Source of the DNA: Raillietiella orientalis
Lineage: Eukaryota
DNA length: 64,000 nucleotides
Reading direction: 5' to 3'
NCBI GenBank assembly: GCA_036172245.1
Contig: JAYWIR010000013.1
Span: 4,216,001-4,280,000 of the forward strand
How positions within the stretch are numbered: the stretch's first letter is position 1; each line of letters begins with the position of its first letter. The translations under genes were made by a program, and so were the position numbers. Positions 23,970 to 37,449 of this stretch are shown one piece after another. The notes under the pieces were generated by a model. The model made no database searches and had not been told where the DNA came from. It saw only the letters and a program-made list of their open reading frames with translations.

Positions 23970-26480
23970 GGGCTACATCGTCAGTCCTTTTTGAGACGTA
24001 GCGATACGTCCAGGCTGCGATTCTGCCTCACTTCCTGATGTTGATGGGTTCCTTTCGAGACGTCCATGGGAGGCGTTGCTTTTCTTGTACGATTCCTCCT
24101 CACTTTCCTCACTTCTCATCACGATGCCCGCGATACAGAGAGCGATGGTTGTTCCCACCATCGAGGAACGATGTCATTCCCTTCAAGCAGGTCCGCCGGG
24201 ATATCCATCCTTGTGCTGCCCTGAAGGCTCCTCACCGCCTCCAGCGCTTCCCAGTCTTCGCGCAGCGTTGGGCAGGTGAGCAGCACGTGGAGCTGGGCTT
24301 CCTCGTCCTCTCACACAGGGCAGAGCTCGTCCTGGATGTTGCCGGGACCACACTTAATCCTAGAGCCACTCAGGATTCCTTTGTGTGGAAAAAAAAAACA
24401 TGAGCAAGTTCCGAGTTCTGGTGTCAGGTCGCTCTTCCAGACTGCCGTTCCAATTGGGTTCCTGAAGCATTGTTCTCTTGCATCTTCCCTTTCGTCAGAG
24501 GAAAATCGTACCTTTCCGCTTCCTGCCTTTCCGCTTCCTGTGTTGCGCTCAGCGCAGTGTCAGGGAATGCCTTGTTATCATTCCCTACCTCCTCCCAAAC
24601 CTCATTTCGAAGCGAAGGAAGAATCCTTTGCCGTCCTTCGTCCGTCCCACGAGACTTCACTGGTGGGCTCTCATGCACAGTAGGAAAACATTCCCTCTAT
24701 GCCGAAATGGTCCATTCCTCCTCCCTTTTTTTTTTTTTTTTTTTTACTTCACCTATTGGGAAGTTTGGATTCAGCAGCATGAGAACTTCGAGTATGGTGA
24801 GGTGGCAGCGAAAGACCAACATTCTTCCTTTCTCAAACAGGCGTCGCTCGACAGCTAGTGCTTCAACGGGAATCTATTCCTGACCGTGTAGACATGTATG
24901 CAACATGTGTAGTTCCGTTTGGGATAGGGGAAATAAAAGTTCTAAAGCACAGCTGTGAGTTTTTATTGCACCCGTTTTCTCCCTTGAAAACTTTTCAGCA
25001 TGCAGCCTGGAGTTCTGCAATGATTTTTGCTGCAAAGGAGAGGAGGAACAGGCGGGCAAAGCTGAGGGTGTACGTGGCAGGCTGCGAGTGCTTCTGAGAC
25101 TCCCGAGAAAATTTCACGAAGCAGCTCCGACCCGACGTCGTCTATTCCGGGGGCAGAACAGGTGCCCGGGATTTGAAGGACTGTTTAGTGGCATGGCTGC
25201 AGCCCGTGTCAGAGTACACGACGGAATGGTGCCTTCCCTACAGACTGCAGGTTGGTGTGGAGTTCGCTGACCCATGGCTTCGAACTTTCAATCAGCCCAT
25301 AGGCTGATCGAAAGTAAGGGTGGAAATTCAAGAATCGTAAAAGAAATCTCTTGGGCCGATGGAGCAAACCTACAGGTGCTTCTTCAGACCATGGGCACGA
25401 ATCCATAATGCTTGTGAGCTGTGCCTATAGCAGCTAATGCTCCGGACTGTATCTCCAGGGAATGAAGTCATTTGATTAGAGACACTCTACTTGTGGGCCC
25501 TCGGTTCTCTCTTGCTTTATTTTCCAGGGCAATGCTGGAGGCGGTGGAGACCTTTCATCTCGTGTCACTTCATCTTTCTTTACGTTGATAAGGCCCCCAG
25601 CAATCATACCACGTATTCGCATGGCTTTTCTTCCGGCTCATCACTTTAAGGTCTTTGGACTGCCGTTATCCTTGTAAAGAACGCTTTGGCTTCTCCACAT
25701 AAGCTATCTTTGATCTGCATCAGGATTTCCATCTTCAGGATGTTGTTTTCCGGAAAGTTGGCTAAGATCCGCTCATGGACCCGCTGGAGTGCGCGGTTCC
25801 CCCCATGCGATTCCCTCCAGGAACCCAAAGGCGGAGGGTTTCATCCTCGGTACTTCCACATCACCGGCTGTCTGCGCTCCAGAACGCTTTACAGATAGCA
25901 TGGGACCGCGTCCTTCTATGCACAGTAAGTGTAGAATGCAATGACCTCCAGTGCACCACGGATAACTCCTCTCCGTATCGAACCCAAGTTCAGTGCAGCA
26001 GGTGCTTGCTGAAAGGGAGAAAGAACATTACCTAGAAAAGATAGAAAGGAAGAAATGAAAGGGAGAGATTTTTTCCACCGTCCCCAGTCCTGTCCAGCTT
26101 CATCTCTGTTGAAAAAGGACTGGTCTGTGGCAGTTGTGCAAGTGTGGGGAATTTCCTTGTTGCAGAGAGAAAGAACCTGCGGTTTCCCACCCCACGTTTT
26201 CTGGGGGTCAAAAGGAATCCCCGCGTTCCACCCCCAAGTTTTCGGACAGCACCTGCCTTCTGTCACGGCATCTGCAATTTCGGGCGATGAACCTGGAGTT
26301 TGCGTGTTTCCGGTACAAAAAACGGTGTTTTAGACGAGGAACTCTTGTGGGGGGGAAGAAAGGGGGGTTCTTCGACCCCTATTCTTTTCTCAATCTGGGC
26401 AGGAAATTTTGCGAGTTTGTTGACATTCGCATGTCGGAAAGAAAGCTGACCACCGTCTGGACTTGGATTGAAACCAACCG
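23970..26480 (-). mobile_element. Decayed L1/Tx1-like non-LTR retrotransposon ORF2 (APE endonuclease start, linker, C-terminal CCHC), RT core apparently deleted
   Basis: LSFRHANVNKL...VPETR (APE start NVNGL...LQET, ~26310-26445); linker-like MWKY and QIKDSLCGEAKAFF; zf-RVT-type DELCPV*EDEEAQLHVLLTCP at ~24270-24335. Confidence 0.5.
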
Positions 26481-28657
26481 TCCCCGATGGATTGCCATGT
26501 GATGGCTGGAGGCACCAATGCAGCTGGTGTACGCAATGCTGGAACTTCACTTCGTGGTAGCTTTTTTCAACAAGCGAAGAGCGCCTACGAAGAGTAGGAG
26601 ACCTCATAGAGGTGGCGGCCGATAAAAACTTGCTCGAGAACGTTCCCAACTTGCGTGACTGGGCAGGGCAGTTGCGTGTCTCTGCAAGAGCAAACCTTCA
26701 GGCACTCGCAATTTGCCCTACCAGTTTCTGCAAGCCATGTGACTTCTGAAGGTTCCTCCGACGTGCATCTCTCTGCAGTTTCGAGATGCTCTCTTCTGCC
26801 ATCTCAGATGCGTTTGCGATTGGATCATTCAGTCGTTTTTTTTCTTTCTATTTGTAGATCGCTACTAAATTCGATTTCATCAATTTACTTGTAGGAGTAT
26901 AAGAATTAGACCCGTGCTTTTAGAATTTCTCTCATTTAAATTTATTGCAGCAAGGAGTTTACGTACTACCCACAGTTATTTATTTACTTTATTTTTTTTA
27001 ACACATTTGGGAAGACCAAGAGGTGGTGGCTGCCTTAGCGTAGCAAAAGATGGTTGCCGTTTGAGCAGCATTTCTCGGCTTCCTTTATTCTAACTTGAAA
27101 ATCCATAGATGGGGCTGTAGCCTTGACACTCGATGCCTATCGTGTGTGTTCCCTCAGGATGAAAGGGGAGCGTCCCTTAACTCCTAATGCCTGGGCCGCG
27201 GATACTTGCTCTTCTCCCTTTCGACATCGAGCACTACTACTGATCGCCAATCCCTGATTTCACCGCTCGAGATCGAGCAGCTGGGAGCCATCGGAGCTGA
27301 ACTGGCCTCAGCAGGAATTTCTTTTTCCTCCTTTCCTGTATCGAAATTGAAGAACGTCAAGGGAGAATAGCATCCAGAGCGCCCTGAAGATGCCTCCCAT
27401 TCACCTCGGAGGGATGAAGAGCCAAGCTCGATCTATTTTCCAGAGAAGCCATCCAGGGAGGCAAAGGAAACTGCACTTTGGGGCGGGCCGCTCACGGGGG
27501 TTTTGTCGCCGCGATGGCAGGCGACTCATCACTGCACTCTGAGATAGGGGTACAGCTGAAAGTGAGGCAAGGCGAGCGCAGAGATCGTAGCTGTCGCTCT
27601 CGCAGTGAGGAGGCGTTCTCCCCCGTGCCTCAGACACTCGTGCCTCTGTTTTCTTTTTACTAATGGTGTTGCTGGAGATGTAAACAACACACGTGCAATT
27701 TTCTTTTTTTTTTTTGTTTACGAAGGTGATGGTTTGATGAATCGGTGATTTTTAGTTGCTGCTAATGTGAGAAATCCTGTATCACCACGTGCAGCACCTT
27801 CTGATGTTTGATCACGTATGGTCCACCGCCTGCCTTCAAGTCCAAAATCAGATGCAGAATCTACCTGGACGCTTCCCTCGTCAGTACCATTCGGGCATGT
27901 GAAGCACTCACCAATCTCAGGACATCTGACTCAGACGATCTCTCCGAATTGCGTGCGGATGCTGCTCCGTGTATCGCTTCCTGGTCCGCAGATGTGTTCG
28001 AGACCTTTCGTGGCGATCCTTCGAGTTTTCCTCAGATTGGCTTCTCTGCAGTGCAACAAGAAAAAACCCGTAAGTAGTAAGTGATGTGAAGTAAGTAGTA
28101 AGAATTTACGTAAGTGATGTGTGGATTCGAACGTGTTGGAGTATGGGGACCTGTTCACCGTCTCCTTGAGACGGAAAGAAGTTCAAGAAAGCGGGGCTGT
28201 CGACATCAGGGTAGTGCCGGCTCCGGAAACTTTCCTCCTAACCTTCTTTCTTTTCACCACATTCCTCGAAACTCCTTGCTTTCTGGACTGACACTTTGCC
28301 GGATTATGACTGCAAGAGGCAGCAGCTTCGTTTGCTATTCGTCCATCCTGTTCCGACTTGGGGGCCGATGCGAAAAGCCACACTTAAGAGGAACTCAGCA
28401 AACCTCCTGGCTCTCCGTCTCTCCCCGCGGGTTCGAACGTGACCACATTATGATCGATTCGCATTCAGATTCACTGAACAAATTCCTGACGTTACACATT
28501 GTTCTAATGATGCACAGAAAGTGCCTTTTGGTGTGAGACACCTATCATCAATAATGAAGAGAATCCCTATGAATGAATGACCCTCTATAAGTTTCAGAAG
28601 TAAGAGACATTTGTCAGCATCCATATCCAACCAGAATGGCATTTTTTTCATCTAACA

Positions 28658-28829
28658 GAATTATCATAAACGGGAATCGTCGTGACAGTGGCCCGGAGGG
28701 TAATCCGAACTGTGGAAAAACCACTAGGATGATCACTTATGAGAAGATAAGCCATCATTCCAGTGGCCTTTCCACAGTTCGAATCACCCTTCTTCTGCCT
28801 GTTACGATGATCCCTGTTTATGAAAATTC
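28658..28829. repeat. Imperfect foldback (MITE-like hairpin), ~83-bp arms
   Basis: Left arm TCATAAACGGGAATCGTCGTGACAG...CGAACTGTGGAAAAACCACTAGGATGATCACTTAT versus reverse complement of right arm TCATAAACAGGGATCATCGTAACAG...CGAACTGTGGAAAGGCCACTGGAATGATGGCTTAT; ~6-nt loop. Confidence 0.9.
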
Positions 28830-28962
28830 GGGTTTTATGGTCAGGAGCCCAGTCCACAGCCTCCACCCTGCTACCCAGCAGACAAATCCAGCTGCAATCC
28901 TGCTCTTCTTTTATACTATTCCCAGCTTCAAACCAATCCGTTTCGATTCCTGGCATTTTCGG

Positions 28963-29577
28963 TCAGGATAGATGGCGCTCAGCAGAACAGCGTCTTATCC
29001 AGTAAAGCGAATGATTCGAGGCCTTGGGGCCGAAATGAACTTAACCTGTTCTCAAAATTTGAAAGGGTGGGAAGTCCGGCTTGCTTGAACGCTGAGGTTC
29101 GGACTGTGGGAGCCCCGAGCGCTCAGTGGGCTTGGTTTGGTAAGCAGAACTGGCGCCATGGGATGAACCAAACGCTGGGTTACGGCGCCCGATGAGAAGC
29201 TCAGCAGATCTCATGAAGGGTGTTGGTTACTATGGGCTGCAGGACTGTAGCTATGGTAGTCGGGATCCGCTAAGGAGTGCCCACAGCGACTCACCAGCCG
29301 GCGCTGAAGATAGGTGGCGCTCAAGCGTCGAGCTTGTACCAAAGAGCAGGGACAGAGCTGTTCCTGCCTTGCGGCGCACCGCCGCTGGAGAACGGACGGT
29401 TGCTCAGGTTCCGGAAAGTGGGAAGGTCACAGCGTTGAACACAGACGTGTTTGACCTCGAGCTGGCCTGGAGCCGCCGTAGGCGCAGATCTTGGTGGTAG
29501 GGGAAAATACCCCAGCGAGATCATGGAGCTCTGATGTGGAGGAGTGTTCCAGCCTCCGGGCATGATTCAGTCGATCC
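28963..29577 (+). pseudogene. Diverged 28S (LSU) rRNA fragment
   Basis: Recognisable conserved LSU blocks in order: TCAGGATAG, GTAAAGCGAATGATT.GAGG.CTTGGGGCCGAAA, TTTGGTAAGCAGAACTGGCG, GGGATGAACC, ATCCGCTAAGGAGTG, GCAGATCTTGGTGGTAG. Many substitutions and deletions; no flanking rDNA. Confidence 0.93.
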
Positions 29578-29619
29578 CACGTTCCCGAGTTTCTAAGCTG
29601 AAGATGAACAAGGACGATT

Positions 29620-29990
29620 GCCCAATTGACTGTCCTCGCTCCTTTTTGAGAAAATCCAGCAACGGTCCTTCACCCAAACTAATTCTTGTTCCATCTGCTT
29701 TGTAAAATAACAAGAGAAAGAACCATCCACTTCTTCACTGTGCCTGTTTTCTGGTCCCCTCGCTACGTCTTGTCTTCCTATTTCGCCGTAGTTGGGAACG
29801 GGAGCATCGGCGCCCTTCATTGGTATATCAGCTTTCGGGAGAAAGGGAAGCAAACAGAAAGTCGTTGAAAATGCATCGGAATTCTGGAATGGTAGCGCTC
29901 CACCTTCCAGAAGGAATTCAACTTCGCCAAAGAGTCTTGACACGTCTGCCGGTATACGATCAGGAAATGAATGGGGCGACAGCTTCCAGA
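29620..29990 (-). mobile_element. Possible hAT transposase fragment
   Basis: ORF 29593-30000 contains SRLFGEVEFLLE...FCLLPFL..ADI and ELVWVKD, resembling Buster-type R.FEL..EV..FL...LA(F/Y)L.DI and W..NPF segments. Confidence 0.25.
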
Positions 29991-30298
29991 TCCTGACCAA
30001 TGAGAGTCCAGGGAACGGCGCTACCTAGTGTTGGTCCTCGTATCTGCATTGCGCAAGCATGTAAGCAGCCTAGAAGATGTCTTCTAAATGAGCAAGAGCA
30101 AAGATGGAGGGAACATTCGTGTGTCTTTTTTCATTCTTCGGACGCCATCGCGCGAAAAGGAATCTTCGCGACCAAAAGCGATGCCTAAAATACGGAAAAG
30201 ATGTCCTGGGACCGATTAGCGCCACCTGGAAGAACAGACGAGCAGTTGAATGCAGACAAACAAGTCGCTTACTGCAGGGTCACGAGGACGAAAGTGAA

Positions 30299-30299
<1 letters not shown>

Positions 30300-30336
<37 letters not shown>
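30300..30336. repeat. (AC)n microsatellite
   Basis: Direct reading. Confidence 0.97.
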
Positions 30337-30337
<1 letters not shown>

Positions 30338-33300
30338 GATGAAGAAACCTCGCGAAGAATTTCCTTTGGGGTGTTTTCCCTTCTGGTAAATAAAGCAGCA
30401 ATTCGTAAGGCAGTCGCTAAAGAAGAGGTGAGTTCAGTCGTGTACGAATTCTAGAGACTGCTTTCAGGCAGCACAAAAACGGAAAGGCGGAGGACAGAAA
30501 ATGCGGATCATGAGAAGAGTTGGAAAAAAAAAGAAAAAAGAAGTGTAAAAAAAGGTTTTGGATGCCAAAGGTGTTGGAAAGTTGGGAAGACGCCGAACTC
30601 TGACGAGTTCTGGGAGCATGCGGCGTGCTGTCCGAAGCGCCCCGAAGAGCAAGTGGAACCCGTGACAGGAGCAGGTCGGGAAGAGGATGAGTCCCTGAGA
30701 TTTACATGTGTCAACCTGCACATGGCACGCGAGTCCCAAGCGCGTTCCTCTCGGGACTTCCGCTATCAGAGGAATGAACCCGAGGCGGATGATAAGAGGT
30801 TCAGCGTGGAGCTCCACGGTTGTGGGTCGCGCCTTTCGTAGCGGAATTCCCTGAGACGGCACGCAGATGGAGGCTTTTGCAACTGCCACTCCGTAGGGAG
30901 GTGGAAAGCAGCTGTTGTGTTGCGAAACTGCTCGGTTGTAGTCAGGGTTCTTGTCTGACTCCCATGCATCTGGTGCAGCAGCTACGGATCGTTTCCTCGC
31001 AGCTTCGAAGATTGGACGTTATCTCCGTTGCTGGAGGCAAGAATTTTCCAGATGGCTTTATCGCGGTCGAGTTTTCTGAAAGACTTGGCTCGAAGCCGTG
31101 CGTCTGGTTTGCTGGGAAGCACAGATGCCGCTTTCCCCGAGAGCACCATTGCCGACAGGCTGAATTTCAGGGAGAGGTTGGAGGAAAACATGAAATGCAG
31201 GAGCAGGATATCCGGTGAAGCCCCCACCCACCAAAAGCACGGTCTGTTTAAAAATAAAAGCCACTGAAAAGTGCAGTTGGGAGTAAAACCCACGTTCTCA
31301 GTGATCGAGTCTCCGACGCCTTCCACCGGATGGGGTGCACCTTCCCGCCTTACCGTATTAAGGAAGCAGACACGTGGGCGGAGGGAGGATCAAGAAACAG
31401 GCTGCTGCTTTGCTTGGGAGAAAGACGCGTTTTGCCTGACGCTCGTCACTGAGCTGCAATGCGAGATCTGCCACGTTCCAGGGAGCTTCCTCTGGCACCG
31501 CTTGGCTAACAGAAACAAACAAGATGCTGTCCTTTCAAAGTACTTCCGTCGCCGGACCTTCGGTTCCAATCTGTTTCCCGGTGAGTGAAGGGGAAAACAC
31601 CATACCTCCTCCTGGAAATTTTTGGAAAGCATTTTGGATCGGCGGGAGGCAGAAGGAGAAAGGGCTTGCGCGCCTCATCCGCGGCCGGTTCGCAAGCGTT
31701 CGCTCCCCTCGATCTGAGGTCACTTCCGGGAGAGACCTCTGCTTTTCAGGCCGCGAATCGGCAGTAGTCGTTGCAACGAACTTCGTTTCCTAGAGGATAG
31801 ATGGCTCTAGCTGTGCAGCCAAGGAGCCTGCCTTGCGATCCTCTGAACGAAGCAACGAGACATCAAACGGATTATGCGGACTGGAAACTTTCCTAGGAAA
31901 GACATCCCTTCCCCTCAAAAAGAGGAGGGGTCACCACGCATTCCCCACCCAAAAAAAAAAAAAAAAGTGGCGCGTGGTGTGTGTGTGTGGGGGGGGGGGG
32001 AAAATGAGGTGGTAGTCGGCCATCAGGGTGAAACACCTGAGAAAATGGTCGAACGAAAATGGCGTCACCACAACAAAACAGCTGCCGGTGTGGAAAGATG
32101 AGAAGAATCTTCGGTGTTTTTGCTGCCGTGGGGAGCGAAGTTTTGTCGCTCGCTGGGGAGGCATTTGCCGCTGAGTCGCAAGCGTGTAGGGGTGTCCGCA
32201 AAGAGGGCCTCGATCGCAAGCTTTAGTGGTTTCTGGTTGCAACCGAGATCTTCGCCGCCGTTTCAGATCATCCTCCGTTTCGATCGAAGTCCGCTGGCCA
32301 GATCATCAGTCGGGAAAGGCTCTTGTTAGTTAGCATTCTATTAAAGGAGAATCTTTCTTCGTGACGTGAATCCCGGAAGTGGTTTTCCATCTTGGGAAGG
32401 GAAGGCGTACTCTTCAGGTCACTGGCAGCGCAGCAAGCTGTTTTGTTGATATGCGAAAATGAAGAACGCAGAGGGTTCCTGACTGAAAGGGACCAGGAAG
32501 GCTTCGCGACTGCATGTCAATTTTCAACCAACGACGATGCTTGGAGAGGCTGCAAAGCACGAGGCTGTTCTGGACCTGCCGTGAACACGAAGCGGCTTTC
32601 GACCGCATGCGCACTGAGCTGGAAAGTCTCTCCAGGATCGAAGCGTTGATTGCCTACTAAGAGGGAGAGGTGCTGTTTCCGGAAAACAAAGTCGCATGCG
32701 ACTTTCCCGCAGTTTCGTACGACGCTGGAACGCTGCTCGAAACTGCTCCGTAAGTCGAGCGTGGGATCATGAAGGCCATCCGTAAAAGTGTACACAGAAA
32801 CGTCTCTCCTTGCGACCCTGGGATTTGGGATGGACAGTCAAACCCACCTCCTTGGACGTGCTGTTGCCATGAGCGCCTAGGTCCATTTCTGGAAACTGCG
32901 CATTTTCGTTGAATCTCCTGAGAGATGCGCCGCCGATGCGCTCGTTCAGAGGTTTTTTTGGTTTTCTGTAGGGGAAAAGGGATGCCCCCATCGCTTTCCA
33001 TCCCGGAAATCCCGATTCGTGAGAGGTGCTTGCTGGCTCCAGAGTAAAATCGCTTCTTTTGAAAGTGAGAACGTAACGCGGCACGAGGGTTCCACGGTTG
33101 CCGTGGGGATGCAGCCTCACTTGGCGTGTTCGTTAGGACGGCCATCTGACCTAGCGAGAATTTCACGGAATTCCGGGGAGGCTGAGACTTCGAGCTTCTT
33201 CATCCGTTTGCGGAACACGTCTCTGTGGGTGGCACTCGGAAGACTTGGTCCACCGGATGAGTGTACGCTCTTTCAGGCAGCAACAGTAAAATCCTGCATC

Positions 33301-33749
33301 CCAACGGTTGCCACGAGAAATCCCGACTAATAACAAGGTACTCGTGATCTGTCACAAATATAAATATTTTTACTAATAAGGTATCATTACATTTGGAAAG
33401 GAAAGCCAAACCAGTCAGTCATTAATGAGGGATCGTACGCTAGAACGCTCTGGCGGATCTGTGGAGAAAGAGAGCCACGAGCCACAAGGCGATGCCGACG
33501 GATGCGGAAATCTTCAGATGTTCGGCGGAAGAGCAGCCCGTCCCAGCACACTTTTCCTGAAATTGATTTCTCATCTAAGCAACGCGGAGATCGTTCGTGA
33601 AGTGCGTCTGCCTTGGGGTAGTATCAAAGCGAAAGAGAACATTCCAGGCTGATTTTGGGTCCCCCTCCCTCCAAGGTCAATCACACATTCTTTCGGTACG
33701 GTGATGCCCTCCCACCTTTAAGAACTGGCGGAGTTCGCGCAGCATCTCG

Positions 33750-34330
33750 TAGTCCACTTTATTGCCGTCGCACTCCTTGGGGAAGGCTTCCTCTAGGCAG
33801 AAGAGCTTTGCCTCAGTGGGGCTGCAGCGGGAGAAAAAGGTCAGCGGACGCCAAATCTTCCTGGTTTTCTCGCAGCACTCACCAGCAAATGCGATCGCTC
33901 CTGCTCATATCTTCGCCCAGGGGCAGCGCCTGCAGGTAATCCGTGAGGCATTTGTACGCTTTCGTCATGCTGTTGTTGAAGCACATTTGATGCTGCTTGT
34001 ACTGTTGACCTGAGATGGCATGCTTATGAAGCAGGAGGTCGAAGACTCACTCTGCATGAACTTGCTGATGTCGCAGATCCTGCTGAAGTCATGATACCGC
34101 TGCAGGATGTCCGGCGGGATCAGCGTCATGAAAGCGGAGCAGTTGATGAACTGCTGCACGCACTCGCCGAACTCCAGGAGAGGCCTGGAAGGTTGCAGAG
34201 TCGGCCTCGCCCCCGAGCGCGGCCGCCCCCCGGATTTTTGCCACAAACCCGCACAGACGCTGCGAGCTTCGAGATAGGTGGGTTTCGTCGAAAGTGACCC
34301 CTTGGTTGCTGAACTTCACCAGCTTTTTAT
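33750..34330 (-). mobile_element. Ty3/gypsy pol remnant (RT thumb to RNase H)
   Basis: IWRPLTFFSRCSPTEAKLFCLEE...TAIKW (~33755-33857) matches the gypsy RNase H motif W.P.AFFSR.L...E..Y...E.E..A...AIK; upstream KLVKFSNQGVTF...LCGFV resembles the RT C-terminus. Confidence 0.5.
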
Positions 34331-36134
34331 CACAATTCATTACATGACTTGTGCATCCGAACTCTGTCTGTGCGCAGCTAAGACCTGGAACAGTCAACGG
34401 AAGAGTTGTAGCTGGAGGCAGTCTTTTTTTTCGTTTTTTTGGCTGCAAATTTCCGCTACGAGTTATCATCGTCGTTCGCGTTCATGAATTGCGTGGTTAG
34501 TTTCTGTTCCTCTCATGGAAGCACGGCGGAGGGTCAGCTTCCAATCCCGGCCAGTCAACGGGGGCCCGAATAGGCCAACCAGCGTCATCTTGAGGGGATA
34601 GGGGGGGGAGGGAGAGGGATGACTAGCACCATCCACGGAGACCGCAGCCACACAGCTGCCCGCGCAGGACGGCTTGCGCGGTTGCTGTCTACAACTTCGA
34701 CGTCATTCTTGTGGTCATCTCTGTGCCGTCGTGAGGGCCGCAACTCCCAGCCCCGAGATCAGAAAATCTCCTTGGCCGCGAAAAGCAGTGAGGGGGGGGG
34801 GAACCATGCCCGCCCGCTGCTGCTAAGTGAAATCGCTAACGAAGTTCTCCCGGGAATGTCTTTTCCGATCGAAACTTCCTCCGACCAAAATGAGAGCGAC
34901 CTCTCCCTGCTCTAATCCGCCTTCTTCCCGCTGCTTTTGCTTGCCGGCGACCCCGCAAGGCAATCATGAAATGAGGACACGATCCGAAATGATGCTGCAG
35001 AGTCAAAAACACACACACACATACACAGACACACTCGCACGTCCTGGGTAACAGTGTGCCCATTATCATGGGTTTTCGAAACGGGTGGGGATCTTCCGTA
35101 ATTTGCAGGCGCGGGTTGAGTGACGCACACAGTGCGTTCCACATTCGGCACGAACCATCAGGAAGTTAGGATGCCGGGTCCATGGCGGAGAATGCTTCAT
35201 GGATGCCGCGTGCGCGTCCCGCGTTCAGTCTCAAGAGGAAAGCAACGAAACTTCCGCACAGACCAAACTCCCTCCCGTCAGACGGACCCTCCCACACCAT
35301 GGTGAGGAGGATCTCAACCGTTCCCAAAGTCCTCCTCCACACGCGTTTGCAAGATCACCTGCCTGCGCACGAGCTGTGGGGCCGCAGACCCCCACCGGAC
35401 TATGGGGCTTGGCGCCGATTCGCGCAGCGCTCTTGCAGCGGGAACCCTCAGTTTCGCGGATGCCCTTTAAGGCAACGCCTTCTTGCATCGACTACCGTCA
35501 CGCGCTGCAATGCCGCAATATGTGGCCGTGGAAGGGCCATGCTGAAACACGAGGTCTGATCCTCGATCTTTCTCTTTCGTGAAAGGACAGTGACCGATAT
35601 CACCTCTGCAGAGCGACTTGCTCGGACACAGTGACGGAAACTGGAACCCGGAACAGGAGATGAACCTCAGAACATGGAGATGAATCCTATTGGCCCTGCT
35701 GCCGCGAGAGATGCACATTTTCGACAGATGGTTGCTCGGATAATAGATGATCACTTGGTTCCCATTGCTCCATTCAGTTTTTTTCTTCCCTAGCGATTGA
35801 GTGTGAAAGACAGAGAAAGATGCCCCCTCCCCTCCGTGAATTTCCAGGAATTGCGTTGCTTAGGAACTTGATAGCGGGATTGCTGTTGCGTTTCCACGTG
35901 CGCAGACTCAGCGTATGTAGCCTCACAGAAATTACAGTTCATCCACGCCGCAACCAAGGCTGTCCTCCTAGCAACGGTGTGTTCTCAGTGCCTGCAGCAA
36001 GAACAGGGATAGAGACTTCCAGGTTATTACTTTTTCATATCACGAGTCTGCTCCTGCGCAAAGAGGGAGTTTCGGAACCCGGTATGCAAAGGCCCAGAAA
36101 TACTCGGATGAAGAATTCAGTGGCTTCTTGCGCA

Positions 36135-36166
36135 TCTATTGATCGTAAACACACATCGTCGCACAC
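36135..36166 (+). repeat. 32-bp dispersed repeat, copy 1
   Basis: TCTATTGATCGTAAACACACATCGTCGCACAC, identical at 45767-45798. Confidence 0.97.
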
Positions 36167-36960
36167 AGTTTTTTTTTTTCTTTTTCTTTTGAATATATGT
36201 TTTGTGATGCTTACCGATGGTCACCTCACGAGATCGCCACGCTGGAGGCGCTCCCGTTGCTGAAAACAAACCCACTAACCCGTGGATGAACCGATGCTGA
36301 CTCCGCGAACCCATCAACGTGAGGACTTCCTTCGTTTCAAAACTCTCCGGAATCCGTGGACCACGAATAGGAAAACTCAACCCCTCTGCGGTCAGCTCGG
36401 GTTCTCGTCCCCCCCCTGCCCGCCTTCTCCTCAGGGACTCGAATCCCTACGGGGGACCAGCGTCGTCAGCATTTAGCCACATCCTGATTCAACTACCGCC
36501 AGCCAGATGGTGCAACGAGGGGCAACAGGCAATCAGGGTTCCCTCACGACCACTCTGCGTACTCTGCGGCAAGGAGAGAGAATCGGGCTCGGGTGATCGC
36601 GATGCTGCCAATCTCTGCGACGTTGTCCGTAAAAGAAGAGAACCACCCAGGAGCACCAGTTTACCAGCACGTCGCTCCTGCGGACCACGGCGCACTGGTG
36701 CCAGTCCTCCGGCTGCAGGTGCCGGCGAGCGTTCCGGACTCTCGAAGAAGCAGGACCTGGAGGGCAGCCCCAGCCCGAAATTCCTGAAGAGCGTTGCAAA
36801 AAGACTCGCAGCCCCAGTTAGGTTCGGTAGAGGAAGGAATTCCTTCCTTTGAAACCCTCCGCCTATGCATTATTCCTTAAGATAGGGGCACCCCCTCGGA
36901 AAGAAGATTGTCATGTGAATCCAGGAACGGCTCCGTGGAGGGGAGTCCGTTCCTCTCACT

Positions 36961-37160
36961 CCTGGGGAGGGATCCACCGAGGGGAACATCCATCCCGGTT
37001 GTCTCCGAAGGGACCCCCGAAGGAAATCTCCGTCCTTATTCTCTTCGGAGGGACTCCAGAGGGGTCCGCTCCATTTTTTCTTCTCCGGAGGGAACCCACA
37101 AGGGAATCGTTCGGGGTAGCTCCTCTGAAGAGAACCCCGAAGGGTCGCTTCCGAAATTCC
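36961..37160 (+). repeat. Degenerate 40-bp tandem array (5 units)
   Basis: Core G(G/A)AGGGACCCCCGA(A/G)GG-like motif at 36966, 37007, 37047, 37087 and 37127. Confidence 0.75.
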
Positions 37161-37449
37161 TCAGAAGGGTGCTTCTCCGAAAGGAGTGTCAAGTTTCTCT
37201 GAACTCTGTGGAGGTGGCAACACACCTACTCCACGGAGGCTCCCCCCAGAATAAAAAGGATCCGCTTTTTTGCTCAACCGGAGGAGAACTCTCACCTCCT
37301 TGGAGGGACCCGGAGGGCCCGGAGGTCGACTCCATTCTCCCCGCCACTCATCGGGGCATCTGGCTTGAACCGCTACCGGCGCTGAACCCGAATGGATGTA
37401 GGCAGACCAGTGTCATCACGCGGGAGGAACTCGAACCCGCGACGCAGCC

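Noticed and set aside
36961..37160. CRISPR array
   Set aside because: Eukaryotic context, degenerate repeats, linkers only ~16 bp and no cas genes.
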